A DNA stretch of 64,000 nucleotides from Octopus vulgaris (GCA_951406725.2 OX597817.1:88722001-88786000), one strand, 5' to 3'. Positions 25,606-40,180 are shown, counted from the first letter of the stretch. Notes: a model not told the origin generated them from the letters alone. Program-made: numbers and translations.

Positions 25606-28600
25606 CTAATATTTAACAAGAGAAAAGAAGAGAGAAAGAAAAAAACAACAACAAATCAATACAGTCTGCAAAACAACCTAATAACAAAAACAGAATACAT
25701 ATTGAAACATCATCATATTCTCTGCTATCCACAATACTTTTTACAGGCACTGGGCCAAAATTTAGTCAATTAAATCAACCCCAGTACTTGACTGATACTT
25801 TATCTGATGCTGGAAGGATGAGAAGTAGTTGAATAATGAGGACTTCTGTCATAGGCAAAAGGCAACACATTCATAGGGAGGGCTTTGTTGATGAGATTTT
25901 ATGTCAGTACTTGGCTGATACACATTTGATCAAATCCAAAGAAAGAGGACAAGTCTATTTCCAGAGAGATTTTAACTCAGAACAAAAAGGAATGCAACTA
26001 AACACAAGATGATAATAATGCTTAAGGAGGAATAGGAGAAATGGTGACTCTCATGCCTTTCCTAGTAAAAAAGAAGCTATTCTTACACAAGCATGAAGCA
26101 TGTCAAGACAGTATGAAAAATATTATGATGCTTTGGAATTATTAAATAGTAAGAGGCATGTTTGGGAGTATGTATAACAATGGTCTTTTAATTAGCTCTT
26201 ATTAGAAATTATTGAGTAGACTTTTCACTCATCACTGTGAGACAGTGATAACAAGGTGAGGTTAATAGTGTTGAAGCATGACACAGGAAGAGAGAAACAC
26301 AGGGGACAATTTTTTTTCAATTTGGTAAAGAGGTAACAGCCCTTTTAGACACAGGCACACTTACAAGATCCCAGGCAAACAGATGAAAAGTTGGTGGTTT
26401 TACAAAGTTGTCTACACTGTACTGTGTCTTCAGTTATAATCAGGCCAATGAGTCAATAAAAAAGAGTACAATTCAGTGAAATTCCCTTTGGGATGTCCAA
26501 AGCTTGAAGTGGGATAGCCACCAAACTGACTTACTCTAAAAAGACAAATTCTTTAGTAGTATTCCTATATGGTACTATGCTGTGGTACTCACCAGGTTAA
26601 GTGTAGTAATAAGAAAGTAAAGTACACTATTCAGTTAGCAGGGTGTGATTTACTGTCCAGTGGTAAAAGAATAAAAAATAAGCAAAAAAAAACATAGGAA
26701 ACAGTTTAAGAAGTTGAGGGAGGAAGAAAGAGGAATAGTTTTGGTTCTAAGTACAATAACCTCATCAAACATTTGAAGAAATCATCAGCTGGCACATACA
26801 AAGAAACTTTCAGCACTTGTTGGCATTTTTGCTATTTTCAGACCTACCACATATAATTACAAACACACCTTAACTAAAATTAGCTTAAGAAACAGTGGTA
26901 ACCAAAAACAGCATCTACCAAAATGATGTAACCTTGGCACCAGTATTTCTTATCTTAGCACATATCCAAATTATTTTGGTGACATCATTACTTTTGCCAT
27001 TCTGTCACGCACAAATATAATTCTCCTCTGTATGTAGGAATTTAACTTTTAAGTTCTACAAATACATACCAAAGAGAAAATTCTAAAACAGCAATAATTA
27101 TTACTTTAAAATGCAGAGAGAAAATCAACATGTCAGAGACAGTGAAAAAGAGGAAAAAAATGAGATTTTCATCCTCCAATTTACTTATCTACATTTTTTC
27201 ATCTTTTATTTAAACAATTCTTTTTACTTTGCTGAAACTCAACCTTCAGTATTGGCAAAAGCATAATACATTAAAACACTTTTTAAATTTTTCTTTAGCA
27301 ACTTTTAGTTCACTGTTGGAAACTATCTGGATTAAATCTCCAGTTTCCCTATTTTTCTTGCAGGTACTTAGGCTGTGCATCACCAGCTAGGAAAAGCTTA
27401 CTCTGACTAAAACCCTGACATATAAAATATAAGTTTCTTTATTTCTACATACATCTACACAAACACCACTGAGTGACAAAAAATCAAATGTAGAACAGAC
27501 GAACTCATTTGAGAAAAGGTTTGAAAATATGACACTAAATATAACGATAATAATTGTCACATCATCATCTTGACTAAAATAATCAAATCACACAATATCC
27601 CAAAAAATAAATGCTTAACCCTACATTGGCCGTAATCCGGCAGACATATGATCAAAGGCATCCCAACCATGACTATCTGACCTTTTTTCAAACACTGTCT
27701 ATTAAGGACTAGTGTCCTTTCAAAAGAACAGGATGTAATTTGAAGTAGATATTGTTGATTTTTCTAATAGGCTGGGCAACAATAACACTTTGTGATTAAG
27801 TCCAAGTTATGGATCTTTTTTTTTAAAGCTGACTGGCTGAATGGTTAAAAATTGAGACTACTTTTTCACACATCATGAGTTCAAAGCTGATAAAAATATA
27901 CAAGGGTGCATAACACTTCATTCCGCTTAAGTTTACTTAGGATGTTACATTCATTCGGGAAGGCTACATGCAACAACAGAAAGTGTCCTTTTCAAAAGAT
28001 TTATTTCTCATACATTTTAATGCTGTGAAACTACAACTAGACACCCTGTATTTATATTTACATAACCTTCTACTGGGAAAATACCTCCCTACCACCAACC
28101 CTCCTTTTCTTAACATTCCCCAAGCAAGGATATGCATATATACCACGAAAAGAACATTTGTCTTAATACATATTTTCATTATTTTCCTTGTTTCACTTAT
28201 TGGAATATGACGATAGTAATACAAGAGTAAATCATAATGACACCAGTTCTTTGTAACCGGATACTGATTTTATTGAACAAGGAAGGAAAAAAACGGCTAA
28301 GTTGACCTCGGTGGGATTTCGACTCAGAATGTAGAGACATACTTTTGTTTTAAACACAACTAAACCACGGCCAATGGATTTATAAGTAACATAAATATAC
28401 ATCCAGATATGTAGGAGACATATGCACACACACATACACATTTAAAAACAATAATTTTGTCTTGAAAACATATGGAGGCATTTGCTACCTCCCCAACCAG
28501 ACGAAAACAAAATACATACACACAAAGGTGTAAGACCTAATGGAAAAAAGAAAAGAAAAAAAATAGCAGGGTATCTTTTAGGGTGGTGTAATCGATAGAC

Positions 28601-29102
28601 AAATCAAAAGTAGGTCACAGAGGTGGGCGAATGGAACTGTCATGACATTGAGTAATTAAGAAATAACAAGTCATAACAAAAGCTATTTATAATCTTTGAC
28701 GATCGCTTAAAATTATTACTAATATATTTTCCCCTTTTCTTTGTTTTTTTTTTTTTTCTCTCTCTCTCTCTCTCTCTCTCCGATTAAGAGACAATTGAAT
28801 TCACTTACAATTTATTTCTCAGTATACTCATTCAGTACATCTCCCCACTTCGGTTAGCTTAAGATTTGCCTATATACTTAGAATGAGAAGGGGTTAATTA
28901 TACAAGATACAAAGTGGTTGGAGATTACAAACTTCATATGCATTGTTGAGTATACAGAGATAATTTTCTTCCTTGATTTCAATCTATGAACCGAGGCCAT
29001 GGTGGAGCACTGCCTTCAAGAGTTTTCAGCAAATTAAATCGATTCAAATACTCAGTCTGTTATTTATTTTACCGTTCTGCATGTCTCTCTCTCTCTCTCT
29101 CT

Positions 29103-29133
<31 letters not shown>

Positions 29134-30345
29134 TAAATATACAAATATATATGTACGTATGTATACACACACCCTATAAATTCACACGTATACATATGAA
29201 TAATAGGAACCAACAAACCTTTACGTGGTCGATTGACCAGCTAGAATTAACAGCTAACAAATTTCCATTAAATCACAGTCCACTGAAAAGACACTGCAGT
29301 CCTGGATGTGCAAGAACACAAAATGGTCACAGCTGGAACACTTTGATATCACAGTTCTGTTTCGACCAGAGGCGATCTGAGGCCTAATAAAACCATACCT
29401 GTGCACGTATAGACACACTATATATGAATGTATATATATATATTATATATATATATATGCACGCACACAGCTACACTTCAACACACAAGCAAATCCTCAT
29501 ACAAAGCATGTAAAAATAGCAGCAGCTACATAAAGTTGCAACTATGTAACTGACAATTTAGCAACGAAAAATACACGTGCGTTCGAGTGTGTGTGTATGC
29601 GAAGAGAGGGAGAGAGAGATAGGAAGAGAGTGCATACTATGATACAATGTACAAGCCAATGGCGGTACTGACCCAATTGTAGCAGTTGCACATTTCTTCT
29701 AACTCTGCCATCTCTCTGTATATCAATGCCCTACCACCCCAACTTCGACGCCATCCCGCTATATTCAAATCAAGCCAGACATTTTGTCTTCTTCAGTTTC
29801 GTTATTTCTGATGTCACGTTTCCCGCCATCATTATATATATATAAGGTAGATAGATAGATGAATATAATATGCATACACACACAAACATATATAGTGTGG
29901 GTGTTACTTTCACTTCAGTATATGTACATATGCCTAACACTAAAAACAACTTCCATATTTCTATAATGCTCATTAGAAAATAAAAAGAACACAAACATAC
30001 TTGTATGTGTGTGTGCTCGGCAAGATACAACTGCAATGAGATAAGAAAAATTAATAACCCTCTTAAAAATATAATATAAACTATCTTCTTTCCTATCTAT
30101 TGGATCCGATAAATATCAAATAACAAGCGAGCACCTCCCATAAATCCATTCCTGTACAAACACCAAGAAAATTAATACACACTTCCCGATGACTGTGTAT
30201 GTATGTTTGTCTGAGCCATCACGGTCAAGGCCTTCCGAGTTGAATGTCCTGTCTTTCGCGCGTGCGCATGTATGTATACACACATATTTATTAAGCTAAA
30301 TCATTTCAAAAATAGCATGAGAAACAACGAGAGCTTCTACGAAGT

Positions 30346-30492
30346 CGCTCGATCCGTTAGAAATCTCTCAAATCACCATGCAGTTTTTAAAAAGGATTTA
30401 TTGTATAATATAGAGTCCTTCACAAATGGAATACTTTTGTCCAGATAGATCTGCTCGATTAAAGCTGACCAGGGACTAAACAACTAAAGGAA
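30346..30492 (+). repeat. About 145-bp segment duplicated at 31706-31851
   Basis: CTCGATCCGTTAGAAATCTCTCAAATCACCATGCAG...AAACAACTA is near-identical in both places. Belongs to a dispersed repeat also seen at about 11730, 29230 and 33310. Confidence 0.8.
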
Positions 30493-32442
30493 GTTATAGT
30501 AGTTTTACTTATTCTAAAATAGAGAAAAATATAAAATATAGATTTCATACATTTGAAAACGGAATTCAAGAGCTAGTAGGGCAGAGGTGGGGGGGAGGGG
30601 TATAGTTGATCTCAAACAACTAACAAATCTTTAATCTATGAAAGCACGTGTGTGTACCGAGTTTATCTTAGTTATGAAGAAACAGGTTAAGTTTCTAAAC
30701 CTGGTCCACTCGATCGATTCAACGTCTTCATCACCCTACGCCACACCCAGGCATTTGAATACCAAAGATCATATTAGATAATCCATGTGTGCTTCCATTT
30801 TTAAGACGGTAGGTTTAAATTAAAATTTAGTTGCTATTTCTACCAGGTTCAGCGTGTATCAAGAGAAAACAACAGTTATTCGTTTAACCCTCAAAGTTTT
30901 TATGTCCTTCTAAAAAGCAATAAATGCGGTCTTTGACTTTGTTTTAAGCATCGAAGATTCGGAAATTACAAATTGTATATATTTAAATTTTTTAAATCAG
31001 AAACTTGTCACAGTTAAGCAAGCAATTTACATGATCGAAAGGTTTGAAAGTTCGCTTAACAATCGCGCAGATGTGGGCCTTATCAACACACTGTACCAAG
31101 ATGATTCTACTCGAAAATAGTTACATTAAGGATACATGTGCCTATAGAATGTTCAACCACCTCCACGCCATTCAGCGAGCAGGTAATCCAGTTAAATGAA
31201 ACCGATGGAGATCCCTTTACAAAGATTTTGTGTGTATTTGAAAACATTTGCTGTTTAACGATTAGAAAATATAAACGCTGCTGTTTCAGTTTCACTTTAA
31301 GACGAAAATGTAACCCCATATTTACACGCATCAAATACAAACTAGATATATTTGTATACGATTCAAATACAAAAATACATACCACAGCTTAAATACTTCC
31401 TCATCTTAATTAGTGTCTGACTGAAATAATAACAACAGTTCGCAGATATTGAATCTCAAATGTTCAAAACAACAATAACCCGAAGATTTAAGGAGAAAAA
31501 AATCGGAAAAAGTTGACACGATCGGTGAAAGAAATTCGAAGATGCAACCCCATTGAATATAGGCCCAACTTTAGGTGGAATGGTAGTATGATTAATAGTT
31601 TTCCAATAAGAACAATCAATCAAATCATTTCTAGTAGTTGACTGGAACTAACCAATATTATCCAATGACAGTTCAAACCATGTTTTCTATTTTAGTTACA
31701 AGAGCCTCGATCCGTTAGAAATCTCTCAAATCACCATGCAGTTTTTAAAAAGGATTTATTGTATAACATAGAGTCCCTCACAAATGGAATACTTTTGTCC
31801 AGACAGGTCTGTTCGATTAAAGCTGACTTAGGGCTAAACAACTACAGGAAGAAAGTTACGACTTAACCCCAACACAAATTTGTAAGAGACAATATCACAG
31901 TATATCACCGTAATCAACGACGATGGAGAGACGAGAGGCTAAACAGAAACCCTGATTTATGGTGATTTACACTACTTCAGTTATTTAAAAAAAATAGCGA
32001 ATTTAGTACAATAACTGCCATTATGAAGCTGTTGGTGTTTGGAACATCAATTAATATGAAATTTGATGGAAGGTTTAACTTAGATTACTTTAAAAGATGT
32101 TTTGTATCAGGTAATCCAAAGCAGGTGGCATTAGTTATAAAGCGCTCACATTGCGTTTCAAAGACCCAAGCTTGCCCCGATCTATGGATAAAAAATGTTC
32201 TAGTTGTGACCACCCAGTGTTTCTGTATATCTATATCTAGAGTTCAATGTTACCCTTCCTTTAAGGGTTACCAGATGGGACTAAACTAGCGGATCACACT
32301 ACTTTCCAGGACAGTACGCTTATTTATTTTTTCCGTTTCTTTGCCTTATAATAAATTAGGGATATTTGCTACCTCTAGCATTTAAAGATAAGAATCTATT
32401 AAACATCATATTAAATTTAAAAAAGAAATTAGAACCCATCAG

Positions 32443-32814
32443 CATGATTACAGTTTGGTGCCCAACTGCGATTCATAACTTTCTGAACAATATCTAACGA
32501 AATTTGTCAGAGATGGATTTTCGAGATTGCAGCTTAGGATTATTTGGATTAAATTTTGAAAAAAATATAATTGTACAGGTGTTTTGGATTACCCCACCCC
32601 CCACGACCAACTCTCCAAAACCTATTTCGGTAGAATGTCATATTTAAAGGTCGAGGAATAATACAAAACTCCAAAAGCATTTTTTTTTCATGTTACCGCA
32701 ATAATTGTAATCTACGTTCCCAAAAGAAGTGAGATTTCATTAAAAATATGCATTTTTTAGAAAGTTACGAGTAAACAAATTCAAAGAAAACTGGGGCACC
32801 AAACTGAAATTATG
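32443..32814. mobile_element. MITE with terminal inverted repeats, superfamily unassigned
   Basis: CAGTTTGGTGCCC (32451-32463) and GGGCACCAAACTG (32794-32806) form a perfect 13-bp inverted pair with an imperfect outward extension. Confidence 0.65.
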
Positions 32815-33640
32815 ACGAACCGAACAAATAAATCCTTATAGTCTTTAAGTTACATTTTGGGCTACTCTTTATGAAAACAAACCTATCAACCTGGCTTCCT
32901 TCTTTTTTATTTCACAGAAAGGTGATTGAGGAGATTTGTGAGCTATTTCAGATCGAGATTTGGCTTTGTTGGCAAAGTAGTAGTAGTTAAAACCAACTGA
33001 ATAAATGTGGTGAAGACAAGATAAGAGACGAGAAGCAAGTCGAAGAATGAGGTCACTGTATTTTAGCGGCAAGAGCAACGAGTACACCTTACACAATATA
33101 TCGCCGGTGGTGGTAGGCAGTAAGATAGTTATTAACCGAGAAGAATGTGGGAGATGGTGGTTGGGTCTTGCGTGAGTTTAAGGAAACTTCACTAAAATTA
33201 GAATGTTGAAGGAGTTGGGTGAGGTAGGTAAAAGACATGAGAATTAGTATATCATCACTATTACCTCTACAAGCACAAGAGAGCAACGGCCTCTAAGTAG
33301 TGTATCGACCTGTTAGAAATACTGATTCTCGATTAAAGAACATTCACCCTACAGTTTTAAGAAGAAAGGAACATAGTGGATAATGAAATACCAAAGATGG
33401 TGGTGATCTTGGCTAGAAAACTTATGATCAAAAGCCTGCTCAGTTAGAACTGGGCTAGGGCTACAACTTTACCAACAGAAACGTTAAAGACATTTTGCCG
33501 CCACAAAACTTCCGGGTCGACACACACGCACACATACATAAATATCCATCAATATCTAATGAAAAAAAAACCTAGTGTTTTAAGATACGGAGATATATGT
33601 TTGTTTATATTTGTGAGTGCACACACAGTCACATTATATA

Positions 33641-33685
<45 letters not shown>

Positions 33686-33738
33686 CCTCTCTTCTCTTCG
33701 TGAGTAAATTCTCCTTACTCTGAAAGCAACTGTGGGTA

Positions 33739-33780
<42 letters not shown>

Positions 33781-34848
33781 TTCATATATTGATGTATGTG
33801 TGTGTTTACAAATATGTATTTAAAGCCATATTGTTTTAAAAGCTAAATATTTCTTTCTTGTAGGAGAAAATGGCAGAAGAGAAAGAAGTATGGATCTTCG
33901 TTGAATTCTGAGGACAATAGTGTACATAGAGCAATATAAATAGAGTAAATATAGCTAGAAACATAGATAACTCGATCGAAATATAGGCATAATAAACTAG
34001 ATAGATTAATAGCTAGACAAATATAGTTAGATCTAAATACAAACAAGTAGGGAGTTAGCCAGTTGGATCGATAGGTGGTTTGCTAGCTGAATCGTTAGAA
34101 TGATAACCAATTGGATCGATAAACAGCCCGATCAATAGGTAGATACAACGACAACGAAAAAAATATAGCTAAAAAATGAAAAGGCGGGAGATATATAAAC
34201 AATGTTGATCGTTTAGAAGTAGGAAGATATTGGAGAGGCATCGAGTGCTTAACTGATGATGACTGAACGAGAAAATTTGAAATTACTGGAACAGAGGGTG
34301 ACTGACTAGATGCGATAAGTAGGAGAGAAAGACCCCTAGTCTATCTGTGATTACAGAGAATAATTCATCTCATTGTACTAACATAAATACATATAATCTC
34401 CATGTCTAATTAAATTATTAAGTTCAATAGCAAAGGCTAATACACACACTACACAAATAAATTCGTATCAAATTTGTGAAATATAATCTCATTAGTGACC
34501 AAATCAAAGGTTATATATATATGCATACGATCTTATTTTAAGTTATCGAGATCGGTAAAAAAAAAAAAACGGAGGGACACGAGGAAGAGATACGATGTAC
34601 GAAGAAAATACGTTAATTTAGCCGGTCATTTGATAGAGATTCAAAACATACATTGTATATATATATATATATAAAATATAAAATCGAATATTGCATCGTG
34701 GTGTAATACATAGGTTTACGAGAATCCAAAGTGACTGATGTTTACTATCGATATATATATGCGTGTGTGTATGTTTATACTATACATGTATATACTAATA
34801 TATAAATTAATGAATTAAAATTGTAATTAGTATAGCATTAGCACGTAC

Positions 34849-35090
34849 CTTTCAATTAGGGGGTTTAACAGCTATTTTGGTAAATAAACGAAGGGGGGTG
34901 ACCCCAAAAACTGAAGACGCGAAATAAAGAGAGGACAGAGAAAGAGAGAGGGGAGAGAGAGAGAAGACACAGGAAATAGATATGTATAAGCGCGTGTGTG
35001 TGTATGTATGTGTATATATAATTATATTTATATATACATATATATATAAATATATATATATATATGTATATATAAATGTTTTCAAACAAC
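34849..35090 (-). other. Putative non-coding exon 1 (5' UTR) of the SYNCRIP-like gene
   Basis: Strong donor AAG|GTACGT at 34849/34848. Splicing to 25605 gives AAG-ATG-G, a good Kozak context. The region retains CpG and carries a minus-strand CT-rich leader. The 5' boundary is a guess. Confidence 0.45.
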
Positions 35091-35122
35091 GACCGTCTCC
35101 TCTCTTTCGTAATGATGAGGTT

Positions 35123-35136
35123 CAGGCATGCGCACT
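35123..35136 (-). promoter_or_regulatory. NRF1/Ewg-like motif (TGCGCATGC) in the putative SYNCRIP promoter
   Basis: Plus strand reads GGCATGCGCACT immediately upstream of the putative exon 1. Motif match only. Confidence 0.35.
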
Positions 35137-36829
35137 ACCGCATGGATACGGGTCTTTCAAATGTAATGACATGGGCGATTTAGCCACGAACCGAAGTAGT
35201 TTTTCTTTTTTTTTTTTCTGGACACCAGAATACACACACACAAAGGCACATACATACACACACATACCACACATTTAAATATATGGATACATATATGTAA
35301 TTATGTCTATAGATATATCAATCCTGTACACAAATATATATACATATGTACATGTGTTTTTTAATACAGACATAAGGTCACAGCTTTTCTTAGAAGCATG
35401 ATAGTATGCAATATTCGATTATATCGATTCCCACACTTCCCTTATCTCCAACGACTCTCTATTTTATATTTTATCACTAGTCCTTCCCATTTCTGAAAGA
35501 ATGAAATGCAAAATCAAACCTTGGCGGGAATCGAACTCAGAGAGCAAAGGGAGACAACTTGATAACAAAATAGATAAGGCAAGGCCATAAATAATACTCT
35601 TATAAACATGCAGCTAGTTAGTGACTGATACTTTTTTATCGACCCCGGAATGTTGACTGTCGATGTCAATCTTAACGGATTTGAACACAGACCGTAAATT
35701 GATGTAATTAAATACGGTAATCTTGCTGAATGCATATGTAATCAAAACGTCCTTGACCTCTCATACAAAACGAAAGTGACGTAACGTGAAACAAAATTGA
35801 GCGAAGGAAAATCAAATACTAACATGTTACAAATTTTAAAATTCTCAAAAAAAACAACAGATCTTAGTTCAAAAAGTTAATAATCAGTCATCTGTTAGCA
35901 TTAGTATATCTCTTTAGTTGTTTTTGGTAGATTCACGTATCTCGAAGTATACTGTGTAGCAGATTGTATAGTTCTCCATTTAAAAATCTATAAATAACAC
36001 GCAGGTATTGCAGTATTTGTTGACTGTAAAGAAACAGTAGACTAGGTTAAATAATACGATTAACATTTGAAAGCAAAACAAAAATAGTGGCGACAACAAG
36101 ATATTTGAATGTAGCGCCATATCACTTCAGCAAGCTATTTTGGAGAAGTTTTTTCGGCGCATTGTGAACAGACGCTTTATTCTTATTGATAATCTCGTTT
36201 TTGTTTTTGTAATGCGTTCATTTATTTCCTGTCGCCTTCGTTTTGTACTGGTTGTCAAGAACATTCTGATTACTAAACACATTTAACAACTTTGCCCTAA
36301 ATACTACCAAGCCTAAAATAATAGCGCAAGTTGATTCATGACCTCAGTACTCGACGGGTACTTACTTTTATCGACCCGTGAAATCTGAAAAGCAACATCA
36401 TTTTTAGCGAATTTTGAATTCATACTCAACATAATATACCTACCGGTTTACCGATCATGGGGTACATCAGTAATTTCATTATTTAACGATAAAACTGATG
36501 ATTGTTGTTGTTTAATATAAGTCAGCTTTAATTGAGTCGAAATAGGACAAAAGTTTTCCGGCTACGACCTCCTCATTTTCTTTGTAGAAATAGTGTATTT
36601 ACTGACTGTATATTATTGGTTCCATATTGGCCCTACTCTAGCATAAACGTTGTCACACAGTTTTAGGAATATTGTCATGGATAATTCTTTGCGTATCTGA
36701 GGTATCACCGGTGACTCCCGCGATACAGAATGAATATAATATTCGTTCTGTATCGCAGGAATAACTTGTGTTACTCATGCTATAAATCAATGTAGTAATT
36801 TATATTATAAGCTAGAACATATATTGGTT

Positions 36830-36948
36830 AATTTTTTTTTATAGCAAAAAAAAAACGCTGGTGCAAAAGAAAATATGCTCGAAAAAGGGCTTGGTAAGCA
36901 AATCGTCACTAATATATGACTGGTGCTTATTAGATTGACTATGGGATA

Positions 36949-36982
<34 letters not shown>

Positions 36983-38990
36983 CTCTAGAATTAAGAAAAA
37001 TAAAAATTGGATACAGCTTTGGAAAGGACAGGAGATAGTCAACTATTTGCTATTAATGCATGATCTAAAAGTTGTTAATCCAGTAAGAGTGAGAAAGAAT
37101 TTGAGATCTTTGCCGATACCGCGAGAGTGTTTTGCAATGACATCAGAAAGGAACTTGCTTTTTTTCAGCGTGGACACCTTGTGACGAAGAAAAGGAAATA
37201 TCATAAGAAGAGATGGATTAAATCTACCGAAAGCGGAGAAGATAGGGATGATAAATATAAATATTTGAGTCTGGCAAAGCTGATGATATGAGGGATAGAC
37301 AGGAAAAGAATATTTTCGAAGAATAAAGAGAATACTAAATCCAATCTCAATGACAAATGCTAGAACATAAATACTAGAACATAAAGTCAAAGTGTATATC
37401 CACCATCACGCACAGCACCAGAATAATCAAATGGACAAAAGATGGTCTTGAGAATGTTGTGGAAAAACAAGGAAATTTCTGACAATCTACAGGTTCTCGC
37501 ATCCACAGAGAGGTAATAGGTTGTATTTCAACAAAAAAAAAAAAAAACGGATAAAGTGAACTGTTAAGTCTAGAAAACTGCGTGGAAGTAGAGATAGAAA
37601 GTCTAGCGAAGTACGTTACTGACAATGAAGAGACCCTTTTGGTAGCAGAATGAAGAGAGAATAAAAGTAAAGTTCTTGGAGCGGGAAAGCAATGAAAAGT
37701 TTACACAGGAGTTTTTTTGTTTTTTTTTGCTTTATATTTTTTTAATACTGATGGATATCGAGAGCAGAAGTCAGTTAAGGAATTCTGACGACAATAACCA
37801 CCTATTAAGTAAGAAAGACATCTCAGTTGAACGTAGAATATGAGATGAGGCTGTTGCGCATAGTCTCCGAATATGAACTGCTTGCTCAGCAGGACTATAA
37901 GAACTGGAGGCATGGCAAGGTTGCAACAATCATACATTGGCAAATCTGTAAAACATGCGAATGGAATGGTTAGTTCCTGGACCCTTAACCAAAAATCAAA
38001 ATCTTAACCTAAATTTTTCTATAAGCCTATTCCCTTTCTTTAAGCCTCTTTCCTACTTAAACATTTATGAGAGTCAACTGCTATACTCTGTATAAATTAG
38101 ATAAGCTAAATCCTTTTCCTCTACATCTTAGATGTAATGTACAATAGTTTAACGCAGGTACACACATTCACTTTCTTTGTTCTCCCGACTTACTTTCAGC
38201 TTTTGGACATTTATAGATTCGAACCGTCTCCGGATATCTTCGAACAGTTCATTTTCACGCTTAGACGTTGCACGTTTATCTCTTTCTAGTACCTACATTT
38301 GACATGAACATTTCCTCAAACGTTGTACGAGCCTTTTAGTTACTATCATCCCCTCATCACTGGTAAACAGCCGACTACTACAGACTCTGTACACTGACCC
38401 TAAGGAGACGAATTGTGCCGGATAAATAAAACCTGCAAGAAATTACTTCTTTCTGTTAATTCATTTTGGTGCATACTTCACTGTTCCAGTAAGTGTTATC
38501 TAACCCTAACCTGCTATCAATACTAATAACTACTGCATTCGTTACATCTATCAGTACATATAACTGTTGCACGAATTTGAAGATATGAAAAAATGTTATA
38601 ACCATAAACAGAACACATCCTCGAAGGTGACCATGTATGAAACTTCAAACAGGTAAACCAATGCACTATTTATGCCCGATATAGTTGTACTTAATAAAGA
38701 GGAAAGAGAGTGATTGCTTCATCGATGTTGTGTACCCGTCTGACACAAAAGTGGAAGATAAAGAGAGTGAGAAAATAACGGCATACAAAATATGAACTTC
38801 ATTGAATCGGATATTACAGTAAATTTCTCATTACTCAATCGCAAAGGGAATCTTAGGAACAGTTGCAGAAAGTTTGAATGGTTGAATTAAGATATAGGAT
38901 ATCGATATGATTTCCCTGATTCTACAGAAAATCTGTTTTGCTTGGCCCAACAAGTACGATAAGAAAGGCGCTAAACGACTAAATTTGCAG
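36830..38990 (+). mobile_element. Highly degraded RLE-type (R4/Dong-like) LINE, interrupted at about 37980-38560
   Basis: NYLLLMHDLK (HLLxMDDLK-like), KEYFRRIKRIL, DNEETLLVAE, a decayed CCHC and RHxKVA..IHW region near 37830-37945, then PDIVVLNKEE..FIDVVYPSDTKVEDKESEKI endonuclease motifs. Confidence 0.7.
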
Positions 38991-39049
38991 GATGTAATTT
39001 CATATCTAGCGATCTAATACCGGCAGAACAACAACGAAATGCTGAAAGA

Positions 39050-39440
39050 ACCAGAGGTTGTGATAAAGAATGAGAATTACAAGACTTTATGGGATTTCCC
39101 CTTAGAAAAATACTAACCATACTATTGAAGCACGAACATCAGGTATGATTATAGAGGACAAAAGAAACAGACGGTGTAAGACCATATACGTTATAATAGC
39201 GTATAGAGTGGATACTAAAAAAATTGAGGAACATGAGGTCCTAGCCACAGAGTTCAAGAAATTGTGGAAGACTCAAACAACAATTATTCCTGTGGTAATT
39301 GGTACACTAGGCATAACACCCAAAGTACCACTTAAGAGACCGAAAAATAAAGGAATTGAGACTCGCGTTGTCGACTTGCAGAAAAGCAGAATCTTGTATT
39401 CTGCAAGAATCTCCTAAGAAAGATTCATGAGATTTGAGGA
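39050..39440 (+). mobile_element. 3' fragment of a second RLE-type LINE
   Basis: PEVVIKNENYKTLWDF, then ORF 39145-39417 with LATEFKKLWKTQTTIIPVVIGTLG..LQKSRILYSARI. Confidence 0.75.
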
Positions 39441-39459
39441 GACTTGTCACCAATAATCC

Positions 39460-39880
39460 TTTCTACTAAATGCACGAGGCCTGAAATTTGGGGGGAGGGG
39501 ACTTGTCGATTACATCGACCACGGTGTTTCACTGATGCTTAATTTATTGACTCCGAAAGGATGAATGGCAAAGTGGACCTCGTAGAATTAGAACTCAGAA
39601 CGTGAAGACGATAGAAATACCGCGAAGCATTATACCCGGTGTACTAATGATTCTGCCAGTTCGCCGCCCAAATAATAATAATAATGATAATTTCTATTAT
39701 AGGTACTAGGCCTGAAATTTGGGGGAGTGGGACATCGATCCCAGTACTCAAATGGTACTTAATTTATCGACCCCGAAAGGATGAAAGGCAAGGTCGAACT
39801 CAGTGGAATTTGAACTCAGAACGGAGCGACGGACGAAATACAACTGAGCATTTCGTCCAGTGGGCTAATGATTCTGCCAG
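39460..39880 (-). mobile_element. Two tandem SINE family C copies (Deu/Nin-domain-like)
   Basis: Repeated GGCCTGAAATTTGGGGG..ACTTAATTTATCGACCCCGAAAGGATGAAAGGCAA..GAATTTGAACTC..GATTCTGCCAG. Confidence 0.8.
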
Positions 39881-39884
39881 AATA

Positions 39885-40180
39885 CCAAACAGTGGCTCTC
39901 ATGGCTTCTGATTTTAATTGATTAGAAGTGTTATTGTGTACATCTTTCATATTGGTTTAAAAGATGAACTACAGCTCATATTCTGCTCTATGACACAGAT
40001 TTGCTTGCCAGTTGGTTGACCTTAACCGATTGAGCATGTCCCTTAGTGGCTGACAATATGTACGTTTCTGATCACGGGCAGGAGTAGCGGGGAAGTTTCA
40101 TAGCCATGTGTTGAGAGGAATTCTTTGGGGTTTGAATAATTCATCTCTGGAAACACGGGTGTTTCGTTCATCATCCTTAT
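39885..40180. repeat. Partial copy of the unclassified repeat at 45673-46230
   Basis: CAGTGGCTCTCATGGCT..GTCCCTTAGTGGCTGACAATATGT is shared with that repeat. Confidence 0.8.

Noticed and set aside
28803-29830. GTAAGT donor (28803-28808) with YY1- and E2F-like motifs as an alternative first exon
   Set aside because: Short motifs only; cannot be distinguished from chance without transcripts.
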